Notes under the pieces: generated by a model
Database searches by the model: none
What the model was told of the DNA's origin: nothing
The model's input: the letters and a program-made list of their open reading frames with translations, nothing else
Position numbers and translations under genes: made by a program
Shown: positions 1 to 12,699 of the stretch, piece after piece
Layout of the letters: each line of letters starts with the position of its first letter
Position numbering within the stretch: the stretch's first letter is position 1
NCBI GenBank assembly: GCA_000002445.1
Contig: CP000069.1
Span: 1,536,001-1,600,000, forward strand
DNA from: Trypanosoma brucei
Lineage: Eukaryota
DNA length: 64,000 nt
Direction of reading: 5' to 3'

Positions 1-1202
1 GAGAGTGCCTAGGGTGTCAGAAGTTTGGCTTCCTGAAATTTTGTATGTTACTGTTTCCGTGGCTTCCTTCTTGAGAAATACTTCTTCGACAGTTTTTTCC
101 TCACTGCCAACCATGTCCCTTACTGCTCTCACCTTATCTACTGTTCCTTTTTGATTCTGATACTTTATTAGGTCGAGGGCTAGCACGATCAGTTGCATGT
201 CAGGGTCTGCGCTTAGTTCACTGACTTTTGTCTGGCTTACTAGTTTTTCCGTTGTTTCTTTGGTTTTGTCCGCTTGGCAGAGGTCTGCTGCTAACACGCT
301 TGCCTTTACTATTAGTTCCGACTTCGGCCCTTGGTGTTTGCACAGGTTTTGTCTGTTTCTGTTGGCGTAAATCTGACGTTTCTGGCCATTTTTGCGCTTG
401 TGATCGTGGGCTTAACCGTTCTCACGCCCACAGCGTTACTCCAGCCTCCATGTGTTGTGGTGTCTCCGCACGCATTGCAATTTGTTGTCCCTGATGGGTT
501 GGCGCTGACAGTTCCTTTGCATAAAGCCTGTATTTTGAGGCCTTGAGGCGCAAACATGTTGTCGTGCAGTAGATTTAGGGGTTTGAAGTCGTCTAGGTGC
601 TTTGCTGCAGAATCAAGTTCTTGTGCGTCGCCTGCTATCTCCGTCTCGCAGCTGCTGTCTCCTGGAGTACTAGCTTTAAACGTTGCTTTACATGATCCGC
701 CTGCTGCACCTGTAATCGTTGTTTCAGCTGCGCTGGTTGCTTTTCCTGTCGCTGTGTGTGCGCCGAGAACGTTTGTTGCTGTGAGCAGTGCCAGTTGGCC
801 CTGCCTTGTCCTGATCGAGGTTAGTGCTGTTTGCCACTCCTTTATTTGGCCTTATTGCCCCCTCTGACCTCGTTGTAGCCTTTCCATTGCGAGCAATTTT
901 AGTGCTGTTAGCTTTTGTTGTTCAGCTTGAGTTTGTTGGCGGGTTTCCACGAGTTGTATGATAAGCATGTCGCTTATTAGATTTGATGTGCCTTGTACGG
1001 TCGAAGTTATGCGCTTGTTGAGTTGGTTTGCCAGATCATCTAGAAATCTTGACTCCGAACAAGGCGATTTTATTTTGGCGAGGACAGATTGCGCGTCTGC
1101 TCGTGCTTGCCTTATCTAATCTGCACCTGAAAAAACTAGGAGCATAGTGACTTTCCATGACATGTTGGCCATTGAAGGTAGTATCGTGGGGTAATGTAGC
1201 AT
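1..1202 (-). pseudogene. VSG N-terminal-domain pseudogene fragment (partial; continues past the window start)
   Basis: Minus-strand translation from ~1202 gives 'MLHYPTILPSMANMSWKVTMLLVFSGAD*IRQARADAQSVLAK...QLNKRITSTVQGTSNLISDMLIIQLVETRQQTQAEQQKLTALKLLAMERLQRGQ...', which is a type-A VSG N-domain. It has in-frame stops and is split across frames (ORFs 312-557 and 1249-1434 on the minus strand). Confidence 0.55.
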
Positions 1203-2722
1203 TGTGTGGGTGATCGCTGCTTTTCTTCGTGTTTGGAGAAGGTGGATGTTAAGCAGCTGGTTTTCTGTGCGATGCATTTGCTCCCGCAGCACCTTGGTCA
1301 GCTCCGAGTTGGGCTTGTGTAGACGTTTGCAAAGTAAGGGCGAGTGATTGACCTAACCAGGTCCTGTCATGTTCTCGTGGGAGGTTAGACGTCCAAGAAA
1401 AGGAAATAAAACACTGAGGAAAATAAAGATACAAACAATTTTATGCAGCTGTGATCCCTTACCGCGGGTGCACACTTACTACCGTGGAATTTCAGCGGTT
1501 TTATGGATAACAAAGGGGCATAATATGTCGCTCCACACAGAGAATCTGACAGCAGTAGTGAAAACGTGTGCTTATGTCTTTGTTTTTGGGTCAAAAACCC
1601 TGATGAGACCGCTGTTACTAGTATTCTAAACCCCATCCAGCAGTAGTTCTGCCGTCCCCTCCATCTATGTTATGGCTTGTTCTCGCTCCTACGCTTTTCG
1701 CAACGACCAAACATCTTTCTCTCTCTCTAAAACATCTTACATTTATGGTTCTCAATGACTTCCAATATTTTTAGTTTGAAACCTGCAGTTTGGTTCATAA
1801 TAACCAGATACCGCTTCTACTTCTGTTACCTGGATGACCTTAAGCATTTACTACTGTTGTCATGACTTATCATTGCTCTGTTTTGCTGCTTTTTTGGCAC
1901 TTTAATCGTGATTGCACTCTTTTCTTTTGTATTTTCTTCCTTTTCTCCATATATCCCGTTTCAGTCTGTATTCTTATGTGAACTATACTTTCTTTAAGTA
2001 GTTTAGAGTTTGCCCAGTATACCAATATAAAATTAAAGGAATATTTCCACTGATTCTTTTCACTTTATAATGTTCCCCAATAAGTTAATACATACGGTAT
2101 TTTAGCAAATGTTTGTGTTTTTATATTCCTATTGCTGTCCACGTTGATTAAGAAGTAATCATAGTATTTAGAATATTCTACAACATAATATTATACTGTT
2201 AGGAACAAACATTGGCATTTATTACTATGTTTAATATAAAAATTCTTTGATATTAACTCGGATGTGACCAATATTTTCTTCCTTATTATTCTTCTTCATA
2301 GGTGGATATTAGTATATCACATCACATTAAAAATCGAAGTCATTACCATCTCTGCAGTTTTATATATTCATATTTAAGTGAAATACGGGCTTAATATCAC
2401 CTTGTATCATTTGCATTTGTGATGCAATACAGGTCATTCAGTTTTTTACCACGTATTTTCTTTCTTTCTCTTTCGTTTACCATTTATACCTCTTCAAAAC
2501 ACGAGGAGTTTCTATTTCGCCTGCACACTGGATTGTGTCGCACCGTCATTTTCTTCTCCATCATCTACTTTCGGATAATGATTCCCTGCGTTATTTTTCG
2601 TATGAAAATGAAGAAATTCTATTTTCCTCGTGTATAACTCACCAACTCTCATTGCAGCCTACCAATTTCTTTAGGTGCTTATACTTCGGTCGAATTTTTA
2701 GTCATAACTACAACCCCTACTG

Positions 2723-2800
2723 CTATATTAGTATATACACACTCACAATACACTTCTATCTTCGTCATTATTATTAGTATCATTGTTATTATGGTATCAG
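2723..2800 (-). repeat. 70-bp repeat (VSG upstream recombination repeat), 1 unit
   Basis: + strand reads 'attagtatatacacactcacaatacacttctatc...attattattagtatcattgttattatgg'. This is the reverse complement of the 70-bp-repeat core GAGAGTGTTGTGAGTGTGTATATA followed by a (TAA)n run. Confidence 0.75.
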
Positions 2801-2950
2801 TAAAACAATATAAAATAAACGATGATTGCAAACTCAAATATCACACATTTTTATAACTTATCACCATACTACTTTAAAACCATCGGCCGCTTTCATACTA
2901 AAATTTTTATATTTTTAATAATTTTTAATATTGAAAATGATTGACAGAAA

Positions 2951-2966
2951 GTGTTTAATTATACCA
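2951..2966 (-). promoter_or_regulatory. VSG 3'UTR conserved 16-mer (divergent variant)
   Basis: + strand 'gtgtttaattatacca' is the reverse complement of a TGATATATTTTAACAC-like element. It lies downstream of the minus-strand VSG at 3037-4536. Confidence 0.5.
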
Positions 2967-3036
2967 AATGTAAAAAAATCTTTAAAGCAGACAAGTTTCA
3001 TAACTTTCATTAATTTTAGAAAACATCCATGGATTT

Positions 3037-4536
3037 CTAAAGTATTACCGTATTCATAAAGCGACAGCTATACTCATAAGCAAATTTCTTATTGGGGAGA
3101 AAACTAGAGTCTCTGCATTTGTCCTCAATCCAGCTGCAAACTGCTTTCTCACCTGCTTTGGCATTCTTGTTTTCTGCCTCGCATTCTTCTTTTTTAGTGT
3201 GTTTTGTACACCTATCTGAGGGTGTCGTTGTTCCACCAGATTGAGTTTGTGTTACAGGGACACCATTTGCTGTTGCTTTTGTTTCGTTAAATTTGCACTT
3301 CTTATTGTTGTCAGTTTCTGTTTTATTAAAACTACATGCTGCGGTTGCATTGCAATCTTCTTCGATTTTAATTTCGTTGCAGCCGTCTGCGTTTACTGGG
3401 GTATCGCACGTTTGTTTTTCTGAGGTTACTGCTTGTTTTCTCAGCTCAACAATCTTTTCTGCTGTTAGTCTGATAGTGTCATCTAGTGCCATGTCTAGAA
3501 GGGCCGTGGGTTTTGTGCTGCTTTCTGTCTTTATCTTGAAGTCTTCCTTCTCTAGCTGCTTTATAATTCCTCGCTTTCCATCGCTATCTTTTTTTCCGAA
3601 GTACTTGTCGATGGCATTGTCTATCTCCGTTGGAGTCAGGTCAGCTGTTTTCCCTTCGGCTTGTTTGAGTAGGTCCTTCAGATCCTCTTTTGCTTTGCCG
3701 TCGAGAAACGCTTGTACGGCCTCCGGGCTGTCTAGGCTCGGCGAAAGGTCTGATTGTAGGTGCGGCTTAAGTTTTTCTAATGCTTGAAGCACGCTGTTTA
3801 CGTGGCTTACCGCTGTTTTGGATGTTTTGACGTTGCTGTCCGTTAGGGGCGTGCTTTTCGCTAGCACTATAATCCCTCCTCCGAATGACATCTTGTCTGT
3901 GTTGCTCGGGTCCGCGCCTAGGTATGTTTGCAAGTTGGCCTGGAAAAGTTTGCAGTTTTTTGTTGTTTGAAAGTGTCCGCCGCCGGTTGGGAACGGAGCA
4001 CTGCCGTAGTCTGTTAAATAGTTGCTTGTCGACGTTGAGTCAGAAAAGGCGTATGGTGCGCAGCCATTTAGGCTGCTTTGTTCTAAGTTGTTGCCGTTCT
4101 TGGGGTTTGTGCAGGTGTTGTCGCCCCTGTTGGCGGCGACTGGCTGTTTCAGGAGGCTTATGAATTCTTCTGTAATGCCTGCGCCGTAGCCAAGTGCTGC
4201 GGCTGCTAACGGCGCATCTTTTCTGAGTGCCTTCAGCTTTGCTTGCGTCTCCTGCTTCTTTTGTGCAATGAAGGAGCCTAGCACCGCGGCTCCTTCAGCG
4301 TAGCTGGAGCTGTGAAGTTGGAGCAACGTCACCTGTGCTCCTGCTTTGGTGTAGCGCTGTAGGCTGCCTTCTAGTGCTTGTAGTTTTGCTGCAAGTGACC
4401 GCGCCTGAGTCTTACCATGGAGCGAGTACTGACAGATCTTTTCCGCCGTAGCCTCTTTCAGGGCATGTTCGTCGCATTGACTGTACTCTGCAACGAAGAG
4501 GATAAACAGGAGTGCTGCGTAATGGTTGGTGAACAT
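3037..4536 (-). CDS. VSG: Variant surface glycoprotein (type-B-like N-domain); full-length ORF, but the GPI-signal region appears frameshifted
   Basis: ORF 3037-4614. The likely start is the Met at 4536, giving 'MFTNHYAALLFILFVAEYSQC' as signal peptide. The C-terminal domain is cysteine-rich. The tail reads '...CRDSSFLPNKKFAYEYSCRFMNTVIL*', which is not hydrophobic. The overlapping minus-strand frame (ORF 3054-3236) ends '...NLLMSIAVAL*', which looks like the real GPI tail. Nucleotide comparison with the paralogue at 58443-59975 shows a 1-nt indel after 'NKKFA'. Confidence 0.75.
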   Translation of the reverse strand: MFTNHYAALLFILFVAEYSQCDEHALKEATAEKICQYSLHGKTQARSLAAKLQALEGSLQRYTKAGAQVTLLQLHSSSYAEGAAVLGSFIAQKKQETQAKLKALRKDAPLAAAALGYGAGITEEFISLLKQPVAANRGDNTCTNPKNGNNLEQSSLNGCAPYAFSDSTSTSNYLTDYGSAPFPTGGGHFQTTKNCKLFQANLQTYLGADPSNTDKMSFGGGIIVLAKSTPLTDSNVKTSKTAVSHVNSVLQALEKLKPHLQSDLSPSLDSPEAVQAFLDGKAKEDLKDLLKQAEGKTADLTPTEIDNAIDKYFGKKDSDGKRGIIKQLEKEDFKIKTESSTKPTALLDMALDDTIRLTAEKIVELRKQAVTSEKQTCDTPVNADGCNEIKIEEDCNATAACSFNKTETDNNKKCKFNETKATANGVPVTQTQSGGTTTPSDRCTKHTKKEECEAENKNAKAGEKAVCSWIEDKCRDSSFLPNKKFAYEYSCRFMNTVIL

Positions 4537-5124
4537 TATTCTTATTCTTGTGGCGCTTTGTTTTCGGCAAAGAATGTTTTGGCTTCTTAAGGTTGCGTTT
4601 TTTTGGTAGAGCAAGCGAACAAGAATAAAGTAGGTTCTGATATTCGTAATAGATTTGGCTCCCCATTGTTGCCTTAGCTTCTGTTGGTTCTGTGCGCAGT
4701 TTATGCAAAAATCACATTGTAAATTAGCAGATTCAGTTTTATCCCGCTACTGCATCTATCAATTATTGAATGAAATATGTAGCGTCGTATGTTTGGCCTG
4801 CTTTTTTATTTGCCTTTGTTCTGTGGTGCACACTGTCGCTTCATTCCGTATCTTAGTCCCTTATTTTTCTGTTTTGTCACTTCATATGACGATAACTTAG
4901 TGAATTCACTTCGTTTGTACACTAGACTCTGTCTCTCCCTCATTGTACGCTCATTCATCCCCTTGTGTACGGTGATGCCAGTAGTCATATTTGTGCTTCA
5001 AACTGCCCATAATGTGCCTCAATTCCTCTTGTTCCCTGGAATTATCCCTTACTCTTTTTGAACCTTTACCAATGTTATATGCACGTCTACTTTGTCTCTG
5101 CATTTATTTTTTACCACCACGTTT

Positions 5125-5245
5125 AGTATATTATTCGTATACACACACTCACAACGCTCTCCTATAATTATCGTTTTCATAATAATAATAATTATTATTA
5201 TTTTTTTTATTCTCACACTCATTATTGCTATTACAGTCACTGTTG
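5125..5245 (-). repeat. 70-bp repeat block (about 1-2 units)
   Basis: 'tattcgtatacacacactcacaacgctctcctataattatcgttttcataataataataattattatta...' matches the 70-bp-repeat core plus a TAA tract. Confidence 0.75.
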
Positions 5246-5419
5246 TAACCGAAGTTTATGTTCATAAAATTAACAAAATAAGCATAATAAACAAAAAGTA
5301 ACATTTTCATACCCTATTATCACACTATACACGTGCGAACTACCACCATTTACCTTTTATAACAATTTCATATCTTTAAAATTTTAAAATATTCGACAAT
5401 GTGAAAGAATTTGACAAAA

Positions 5420-5436
5420 AGTGTTAAAATATACCA
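5420..5436 (-). promoter_or_regulatory. VSG 3'UTR 16-mer
   Basis: + strand 'gtgttaaaatataccat' sits just downstream of the VSG pseudogene that ends at 5527. Confidence 0.6.
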
Positions 5437-5526
5437 TATTTCAGACGTTTCATAAAATTATCTCACAAAATCAAATTTTCACAAGAATAATAAAGTTAAG
5501 GAAAAATCCTTTGAAACATTAAAGTG

Positions 5527-6995
5527 TTATGCTAGAACCAAAAATTCAAGCAAAAGATGTGCTTTGATTACAGCAGAATCGGCACCTGTGGTGTTTGTAG
5601 TTTTACCATCATTTTCGTTTTTTTCAATTGTTTTTGCCTTATCGTCTGGAAAGCATTTTGGTGTTTTGCTACTATAAAATTTGCATCCAGCGTTCTTGCA
5701 GATGTTTTTCTCTGTGTGCTCCTTGCACTCTTCTTTGGAAGGAGTTTTTTTGGTGGTTTCTGGTTTAGATGAGCAAGATGTGGAGGACGCCACCGTCTTT
5801 TCTTCTTTTGCTGCGGCTTTCCCTTGCAAATAGACAAGAACCTTTGGTGCAGCTCCGTCTTCTACTATTTTGAGGAGAGATTTTCGACTTCTGTTGTTCC
5901 GTCTTGATATTTTACGTTGTTCTCTGTTAGCGGCTCCACGCAGCTAGTCTTGTGGCCACCTTCGTTCATTCCTAATAATTTTTTGAATGCTGTTTTTATG
6001 TCTTCTTCCTTTTGTATTGCGCCTTCTTTTGTGTACTTTCCTGTTGCAATTAAGTAATTGGTGTACGGAGTTGACAACGCCGTTTTCTATGATAGAGTTT
6101 CCGGATTCCAATTATCTGGGTCAGTCGGTGTTGGTGGCGCTGCCACTAGAAATTCACAGATGGCGTATGCTACTTTGTCGTTATCGCTTGCTGTTTTGGT
6201 CTCCGGTTGTTCCACTGTAGCACAGCCTTGTGTCCTGTCGTCTTTGGCGTACATGCTTGTCTGTTCTGCCGTTAGTCCTGAGTCAGCTGCCACAGATCCC
6301 AGGGTGACTTTCAAAGCATTGCTGCCTTCGCTGCCGCTGGTGTCGCATCGAGTTCCACCTGTAGCTGTGTCTACACTGCCCTCTGCTCCTTTTCCTTGGG
6401 CAGCCACTTGTTGCAGCCTCGGCGGTGTTGTCGACAGCTTTAGTAGCTTTATTTTTGTTGCGGCCTCCCAGTTGAACGCTGTTGATTCTACGCCTGTGTC
6501 TGTGGCCTTTCTCAGGTCGCAGGTGTCGCGTGTTGATCCTGATTGTGTTAGCGTGAATGTGCATTTCGCATTGTATGTCGCCTAGCCGGAGGCGTACGCT
6601 GCACCTCCTGCTGTTAGCGATGGGCTACGGTACAAAGCTTCTATATAGCCTATCCTTTCTGAAAGTATCCGCTGTGCCCTTTGGGAAGCTTCCTGTCGCC
6701 GCTTGAGCTCTTCCGCGTGCTTTTTATGTTGTATCATAGCGTAAGCGCTGAGTGTGCCGTAGCCCGGTTTCAGTTGCTTGTCGGTCGTCTGAACCGCCGC
6801 CAGTTGCCATGCTGTTGCATAGGTTTGTGGCTTGTGTATTAGGTTCCTCCCTGTTTCCGCCTGCTTTGCTATGTATTTTGAAATAGCCGCTAAGTATATA
6901 ATCTCAGAACACCGGTTGTTGATGTTGTTTCTTGCTGCTTCGTCTTTGCCACTGAAATTAGTAACAGCTGCCGCGAAAAACAAGCAAGTAAGCAC
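5527..6995 (-). pseudogene. VSG pseudogene with multiple frameshifts
   Basis: Minus-strand ORFs 6582-6995 (N-terminus 'MLTCLFFAAAVTNFSG...', signal peptide plus N-domain), 6087-6407, 5865-6077 and 5527-5829 (cysteine-rich C-domain '...CKEHTEKNICKNAGCKFYSSKTPKCFPDD...') are colinear pieces of a single VSG in different frames. Confidence 0.7.
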
Positions 6996-8947
6996 ATTTT
7001 TTTTTATATCTCCATTTTCACCGCTTCTACACGGTATTGAAGCAGCTTATAGTTACGGAGTTAGTTTTTTTCCCTGCTTTTCTTTGAGGCGTCGGCCGCC
7101 AACTAGGTTGATTTTGTCCAAGGCAAAAAAATAGAAGAACGGAAAAACTATTGCCTCAGTGCAGCAGCCGCTTTACTTCGTTGAGTTGGTTCGGAGGCTT
7201 TCTTTTTTGGTCCTTTTGCAAGCTCTGTGATCGATTTATTCCGGCACAATTAACTGTTTTACATGTCCCCTCCTTGTCCTCGTTCACTTCAATGCCTCTA
7301 CATATCTCTAGGGTAAATATCTCGGTTTTTTTGTCAGGAGACCATCACCGTCACAACTTGCGAGTTTTATATTTTTATTACCATGTCTGTACGCACAAGT
7401 ACCGTTACTAAATGCACGGGAATTGTTTACTGCTGTTGCGTATTGTTAGGTTTTTTCGCTGGAATTGGCAACGGCTCACACAGTCTGCTTTGCAACTTCC
7501 TTTACATAGCTGCCATCAGACCTCTCGCTAAATTAGCGTGTTGTTTTCTTATTGGCATTATTGGAACCTTACCCATGTATGACAGTCTTCGCGAAGTTGT
7601 GACAGCTCCCGTGAATGTAACTCTTTTAATACGACGATTTTTAACAAGTGCAATCTAGCGCCCGCTGTTAGTTCTATTCCTCTCCGCTACTTATTTCCTT
7701 TTTTCTTACTTAACGATAAAGAAAGCTGTAGGGTTCCAAATTACATACGGGAAACGGATTCCCTTTTCTGTTTTCTTACTGCTGAATTCGATCCACTTGT
7801 ACTTTTCTAACTCAACTCGTTTCCGACATGCCAAATCTGCCATTCAGAGTTGCGTTTAACATTTTACATGCTAAAACAGAAAATAACTAAATTTGTGTGG
7901 CCATACAATAACTTTACCAATTTGGTTGCGTCTCAAAACAACTATGCCGCACTATTTATATAGTATCTCATGATACGATAAAGCTTTTTCTACCTTTTAT
8001 TTATTTTTTGACGCATTCTCCTGCTTTCTGCTAATCCTTCTAAACTTTTAGGCGGTCTCAACACTTTCCGCAATATTGGGGCAATCATCAGTTAGTTGAT
8101 TTGCTTATTCTTACTCATGCTTTTGGCTATGCAGTACAGAGAACTCTTGTATCAATTACACGTTTTTTCGATGAACTTTTTTTGTCGTACCAGTAAAAAA
8201 AATAGTGGAGCCTTGCCATTAATTGTCTCTGCTTAATAATGTCCTGTTACTGTTTATTTCTGTGATATTTTAAGTAATATTTGCTTTATTCGTTTTTCAA
8301 GCACGGTAATTCATCGGTAGTCATAGTTTTAAAATCATAGAACAAATAAAATTATATTGTTTACCATAAGTATTAGATATTATTACTATATCTTAGGATA
8401 AAAAATTTTACGTTACTTTACAGTCACACAGTCCCTTCCCCATGCTTTTTCATCTACTACTGCTGTTTCTTCGCAACGAAAATAAGAATTCGCTATCAGA
8501 ATAATAACCAGAAATGTCACCGCTATTGCAGATGTAGCACCTATCCATTTTTTAGTAAAATACTGAGCATCATATCTTCCTTCTGTTGTCTTTATTCCTT
8601 ACGCTGTAATGCATATACTTCTGTTTCATTACATGCATTGTTTCCTTCTTGTCCACTTTCTGTCAGAACTTCTTCCAGTACAGTAGAAACTCGGTTTAGA
8701 TTTCAAACTATGCTGTTTCTCTTCTTATTGTCATCCATCATCTCCTCGCGTATGATTGCCATCTTCATTTTTGTGTTTCAAGCTGCACATATTCCATCTA
8801 TGTCTATCTTTTTATTTCTAAGTTACTCTTAATAAAATCATTGGTGTGCTCTCTGCCTTACTCTCTGTCACTTACTTTAATTTCACCATTTAAAATATTT
8901 TTAGTGCTTCCGTTTTTTTAATGCATTTGGTGACCACTATTTTCATT

Positions 8948-8990
8948 ATATTATTAGTACATACACATTCACAATACTTTCCTACTACAA
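8948..8990 (-). repeat. Degenerate 70-bp-repeat remnant
   Basis: 'attagtacatacacattcacaatactttcctactacaac' is weakly similar to the 70-bp core. Confidence 0.4.
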
Positions 8991-9269
8991 CTTTTTCTGT
9001 TATAACTCAAACTTATATTCACATAATTAGAAAAAAATTATAATGACACTCATCTTTAATACTCTATCACCTTCCTGATTTGCACCCCTACGCACTTTTC
9101 ATACACATTTTACTATATCTATATTTTCAAAATAAATATTCATTATTTTTCAAATGCTTGACAAAAATTATTAAAATATATCACCTTTTAGTATATTTTT
9201 TAAAAACAGGAAATTTTATAAATTTAAACCAAAATATTTTAGAGTACTTTAAATATAATAGCAAAAATG

Positions 9270-9560
9270 CGAGCCAAAGAAAATCTTTGTTAATGACAAC
9301 AAAATTTCTTCCTGTGGTTTTTTTTCATCCTTTCTTCCTGTTGCTTCGTTCGTTACTTCTGCTCCTGCTTGTTGGTCCACCCAACTCATTGTGCACTTTT
9401 TCTTGGTTTTCTTTGCTTCTGAGTTCCATTCGCAGGGTTCTTGGTAATATCGTTATTTATCTTTGGCGTCGCAGTCTTTTTCCGTTTGTTCTCGCTTTTC
9501 TTTGCTAGAGGTAGGTACTTGGTCGCCAAGTGACTGCATTTTCTGCACTGGTAATTCTTC
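9270..9560 (-). pseudogene. VSG C-terminal-domain / 3'-end remnant, truncated at the ingi insertion
   Basis: Minus-strand translation gives '...EPCEWNSEAKKTKKKCTMSWVDQQ...KKPQEEILLSLTKIFFGS', a CxW..C C-domain pattern. The 3' end ('gcaaaaatgcgagccaaagaaaatctttgttaatgacaacaaaatttcttcctgtgg') is homologous to the 3' end of the VSG pseudogene at 55090-56530. There is no N-domain upstream. Confidence 0.5.
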
Positions 9561-9738
9561 CTCCAGGCTAAAAATCAATACCTCCCTTTTTTCTGCTCCA
9601 ATTTATTGCCTTGTTTGTTGTCCTATGACCGCTGCTTTTAATTTGGTTGCCTCTGCCTGCTCCAGTGCTTTTCCTCTTCCCATTGACTTTTTTACGCAGT
9701 CTACGTCTTCGAATGCCGTCTGTTCTTTCTATCTGATA

Positions 9739-9816
9739 CCCTGGAGATGCCGGCCACCTCAATGTGGTGCCAGGGTCCAGTACCCCGTATCATCGGGGGA
9801 AGCCAAGAGCCAGCAG
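9739..9816 (+). promoter_or_regulatory. Pr77 hallmark (ingi/RIME/L1Tc 5' internal promoter / ribozyme-like region)
   Basis: The first ~78 nt of the element match the Pr77 signature shared by ingi/RIME, L1Tc and SIDER. Confidence 0.7.
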
Positions 9817-10238
9817 CGTTCCTTTCATAGGGAACACTGCTGTGCTCCGGCTACGGCATCATACAGCACAGGGATCAGCAGCGTCTTGCTGGGACATCGT
9901 TTTTCATTTGTCGGTCCCTGAGCACGTGCCAGCGTGCCATCAGCAGTATATCATCCGCACTAAGATGCTGCTGTCCGGTGATGTGGAAGAGAATCCCTGC
10001 CTGTCGTTTCACGGGATGCAGTGGAACTGCGCCGGGCTATCTCAAGGAAAGAGATTAGCACTCCACAAAACCCTTGTTGATGAGCGGATCGCCTTTTGTC
10101 TGTTGAGCGAGACAAGGATGACGCCTGGAGAGGCGGCTTGCTTTAGCGTTGCTGGCTACCAACATCACGGAATAGCTCGTAACTGCAAAGGATGAGGTGT
10201 ATCAATACTAGTGAGAGGACATACCAGTCGAGACCGGT

Positions 10239-11100
10239 ATGGCCGTTGTTGGTCGCATTGAAAAAGTGCATGCAACAATTCACCTTGCACGTGGAACGGC
10301 GCTGACTGTCACGTCGGCATACATCCCACCAAAACACACCTTCACGGCAACTGACCTAGATACGCTTCTGACGACTGACGGTGCCCAGCTCATCGGTGCA
10401 GACGCTAACGCACACGCGTTGGCATGGGATCGCGCGAGCCCACCAAATACCAAGGGTGAAACCCTCACACAGTGGTGCATTGACAACCAGTTTCTGGTCT
10501 GCAACACTGGTGAGTGCACCAGGTACGAGCGCCACCACGGGGAGTCCACCCCTGATGTGACACTGTCAAGGAATTGCACAGTGTACACGTGGACATCGCT
10601 GTATTCTCCCGATAGCGATCACCATCACATATTTTTCGACGTTATCTTTGGAGACGACACAGATGCACTGAGCTGCCCGCGGCTTCGAAAGCCCATGTAC
10701 GCATGGCTAAAAGCTGACTGGAGGAATTTCCGTCTCAAGGTTGACGACCTCTGCAGGAAAATTGGTAGAGAGAAGAATGTCAACACCCTGGAACAGATAT
10801 TGAGCTCCGACATCTGCATTGCGACGAAGGTCTCCGTCCCCCGTGGCTGCAGAGCAACGCCACCACATTGGACACCTGAGCTCGCGAAACTCGATGAAGA
10901 GATCGCTGGATGCGGACCCTCCCACCGAAGGGAAAAGTTGGTAGCCACGCGTAAGCAGATCCTGGACCGTACCACAAAGAAGAGATGGAGCACGCTATGC
11001 TCCAGACTTGCGGTGTCAGACCGCTGCAGTTGGCACATTGTCAAGAAGGTATATGCGCCACGACCACTAACCACACCGGCTGTACTTGTTGATAACGCGG
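10239..11100 (+). pseudogene. ingi ORF fragment: apurinic/apyrimidinic-endonuclease-like domain
   Basis: A 407-aa ORF piece reading '...ALTVTSAYIPPKHTF...GADANAHALAWD...' has EEP-fold character. It is out of frame with the neighbouring pieces. Confidence 0.6.
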
Positions 11101-11386
11101 CCATCACGGACTACCGTCAAGCTGAGAGGTTCAGTAAACTGTACTCTTCCCGCGCAAGAAGGCACCCCGACTCACACCCACCGGCACCAATAAAGACGAT
11201 AGCGAGTGAGTTCAGTCCCATCACGATGGCTGAACTACGGAGATCGATCAAACTGCTACCGAGTGGATCCGCAGCCGGACCTGATTGCTTATACAACGAG
11301 GCACTGCAACATCTCGGCAGAACAGCGCTGAATGTTGTTGTGAGGCTATTCAATGAGAGCCTACGAACGGGAGTCGTGCCGCCTGC

Positions 11387-12496
11387 ATGGAAGACTGGTG
11401 TTATCATCCCCATCCTGAAGGCCGGAAAAAGGCGGAGGACCTCGATTCTTACAGGCCTGTGACGCTCACGAGCTGTCTCTGCAAAGTCATGGAGCGCATA
11501 TTTGCCACGAGGCTTAGAGACACTGTTGAGTCCCAGCTGACGCCGCAGCAATCAGGCTTTCGCCCCGGATGCTCAACGCTCGAACAACTCCTGCACGTCC
11601 GCGCTGCCCTCTGCCGCCCCACGCACCAATATCGTACGGGTGCTGTATTCGTCGACTACGAGAAGGCATTTGATACAGTAGACCACGACAAAATTGCGAG
11701 GGAAATGCACAGAATGAAGGTATCACCCCACATTGTGAAGTGGTGCGTATCATTTCTGAGTAACCGAACTGGCAGAGTGAGATTCAAGGAGAAGCTTTCC
11801 AGAAGCAGAACATTTGAGCGAGGAGTGCCACAGGGAACTGTCCTTGGCCCAATCATGTTCATTATTGTCATGAACTCGTTGAACCAGCGCCTTGCAGAAG
11901 TGCCGTTACTGCAGCACGGATTCTTTGCAGACAACCTGACGCTACTTGCGAGGCACACAGAGAGGGATGCCATCAACCACACACTACAATGCGGCCTAAC
12001 CGTGGTGTTACAGTGGCCAAAAGAGTACTTCATGTCTGTCAACGTAGCGAAAACGAAGTGCACACTCTTCGGGTTTATAGAGCGCCACCCCCTTACATTA
12101 CAACTGGACGGCAAAAGAATAGGAGCTGGCAGGACACCGAAGCTTCTAGGAGTAACATTCCAGTGTCTGCAGGGGATGGCAACACATGCTGCAGAAACGA
12201 GACGCAAGATGGATTTTAGACTACTGCAGATAGCAGCCATCTCAGCTTCTACATGGGAGCCAAGAAGACAAGTACTGAGAGCTTTTTATCTAGCACTCGT
12301 ACAGGCACACACCATGTATGGCATTGAGGTATGGTACTGGGACGCTTCGGAACGAAGTCGCGACCTCCTTGCAGCAGCACAACACAAAGCCAGTCGCATC
12401 ATAGCTGGCATACCGCATGGGACGCGCAAAGAGGACTCTCTGCTGGAAGCAAACCTCCTGCCACTCAAGACGACCGCTCTTGTGCGCAGCACGTAA
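11387..12496 (+). pseudogene. ingi ORF fragment: reverse transcriptase domain
   Basis: A 369-aa ORF reading '...YRPVTLTSCLCKVMERIFATRL...GFRPGCSTLEQLL...AVFVDYEKAFDTVDHD...GVPQGTVLGPIMF...FFADNLTLLA' shows the canonical RT motifs 1-5. Confidence 0.8.
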
Positions 12497-12699
12497 TTCA
12501 TGCTGATGTGTGAGTCACGAGGCGGATGTTTGCGCCACAGTGCTGAGAAAGTATACCACAGCAAACACCCAGTCAGAGTCTTACATTCCCGCATCATGCG
12601 GTCCTATCCCCACCTCCACATTGAGCCACGCGAGCACCCACTAGAGACATCGACGCTCCGCCACAGTTGCCGACCGCTATTTCACACGCAGATAAAGCC

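Noticed and set aside
3241-4163. + strand ORFs (3293-3787, 3885-4163 and many similar ones) lying antisense to VSG genes
   Set aside because: They are antisense read-through of minus-strand VSG coding sequence. They are Cys/Ser/Leu-rich junk with no start context. All VSG features and homologies are on the minus strand.
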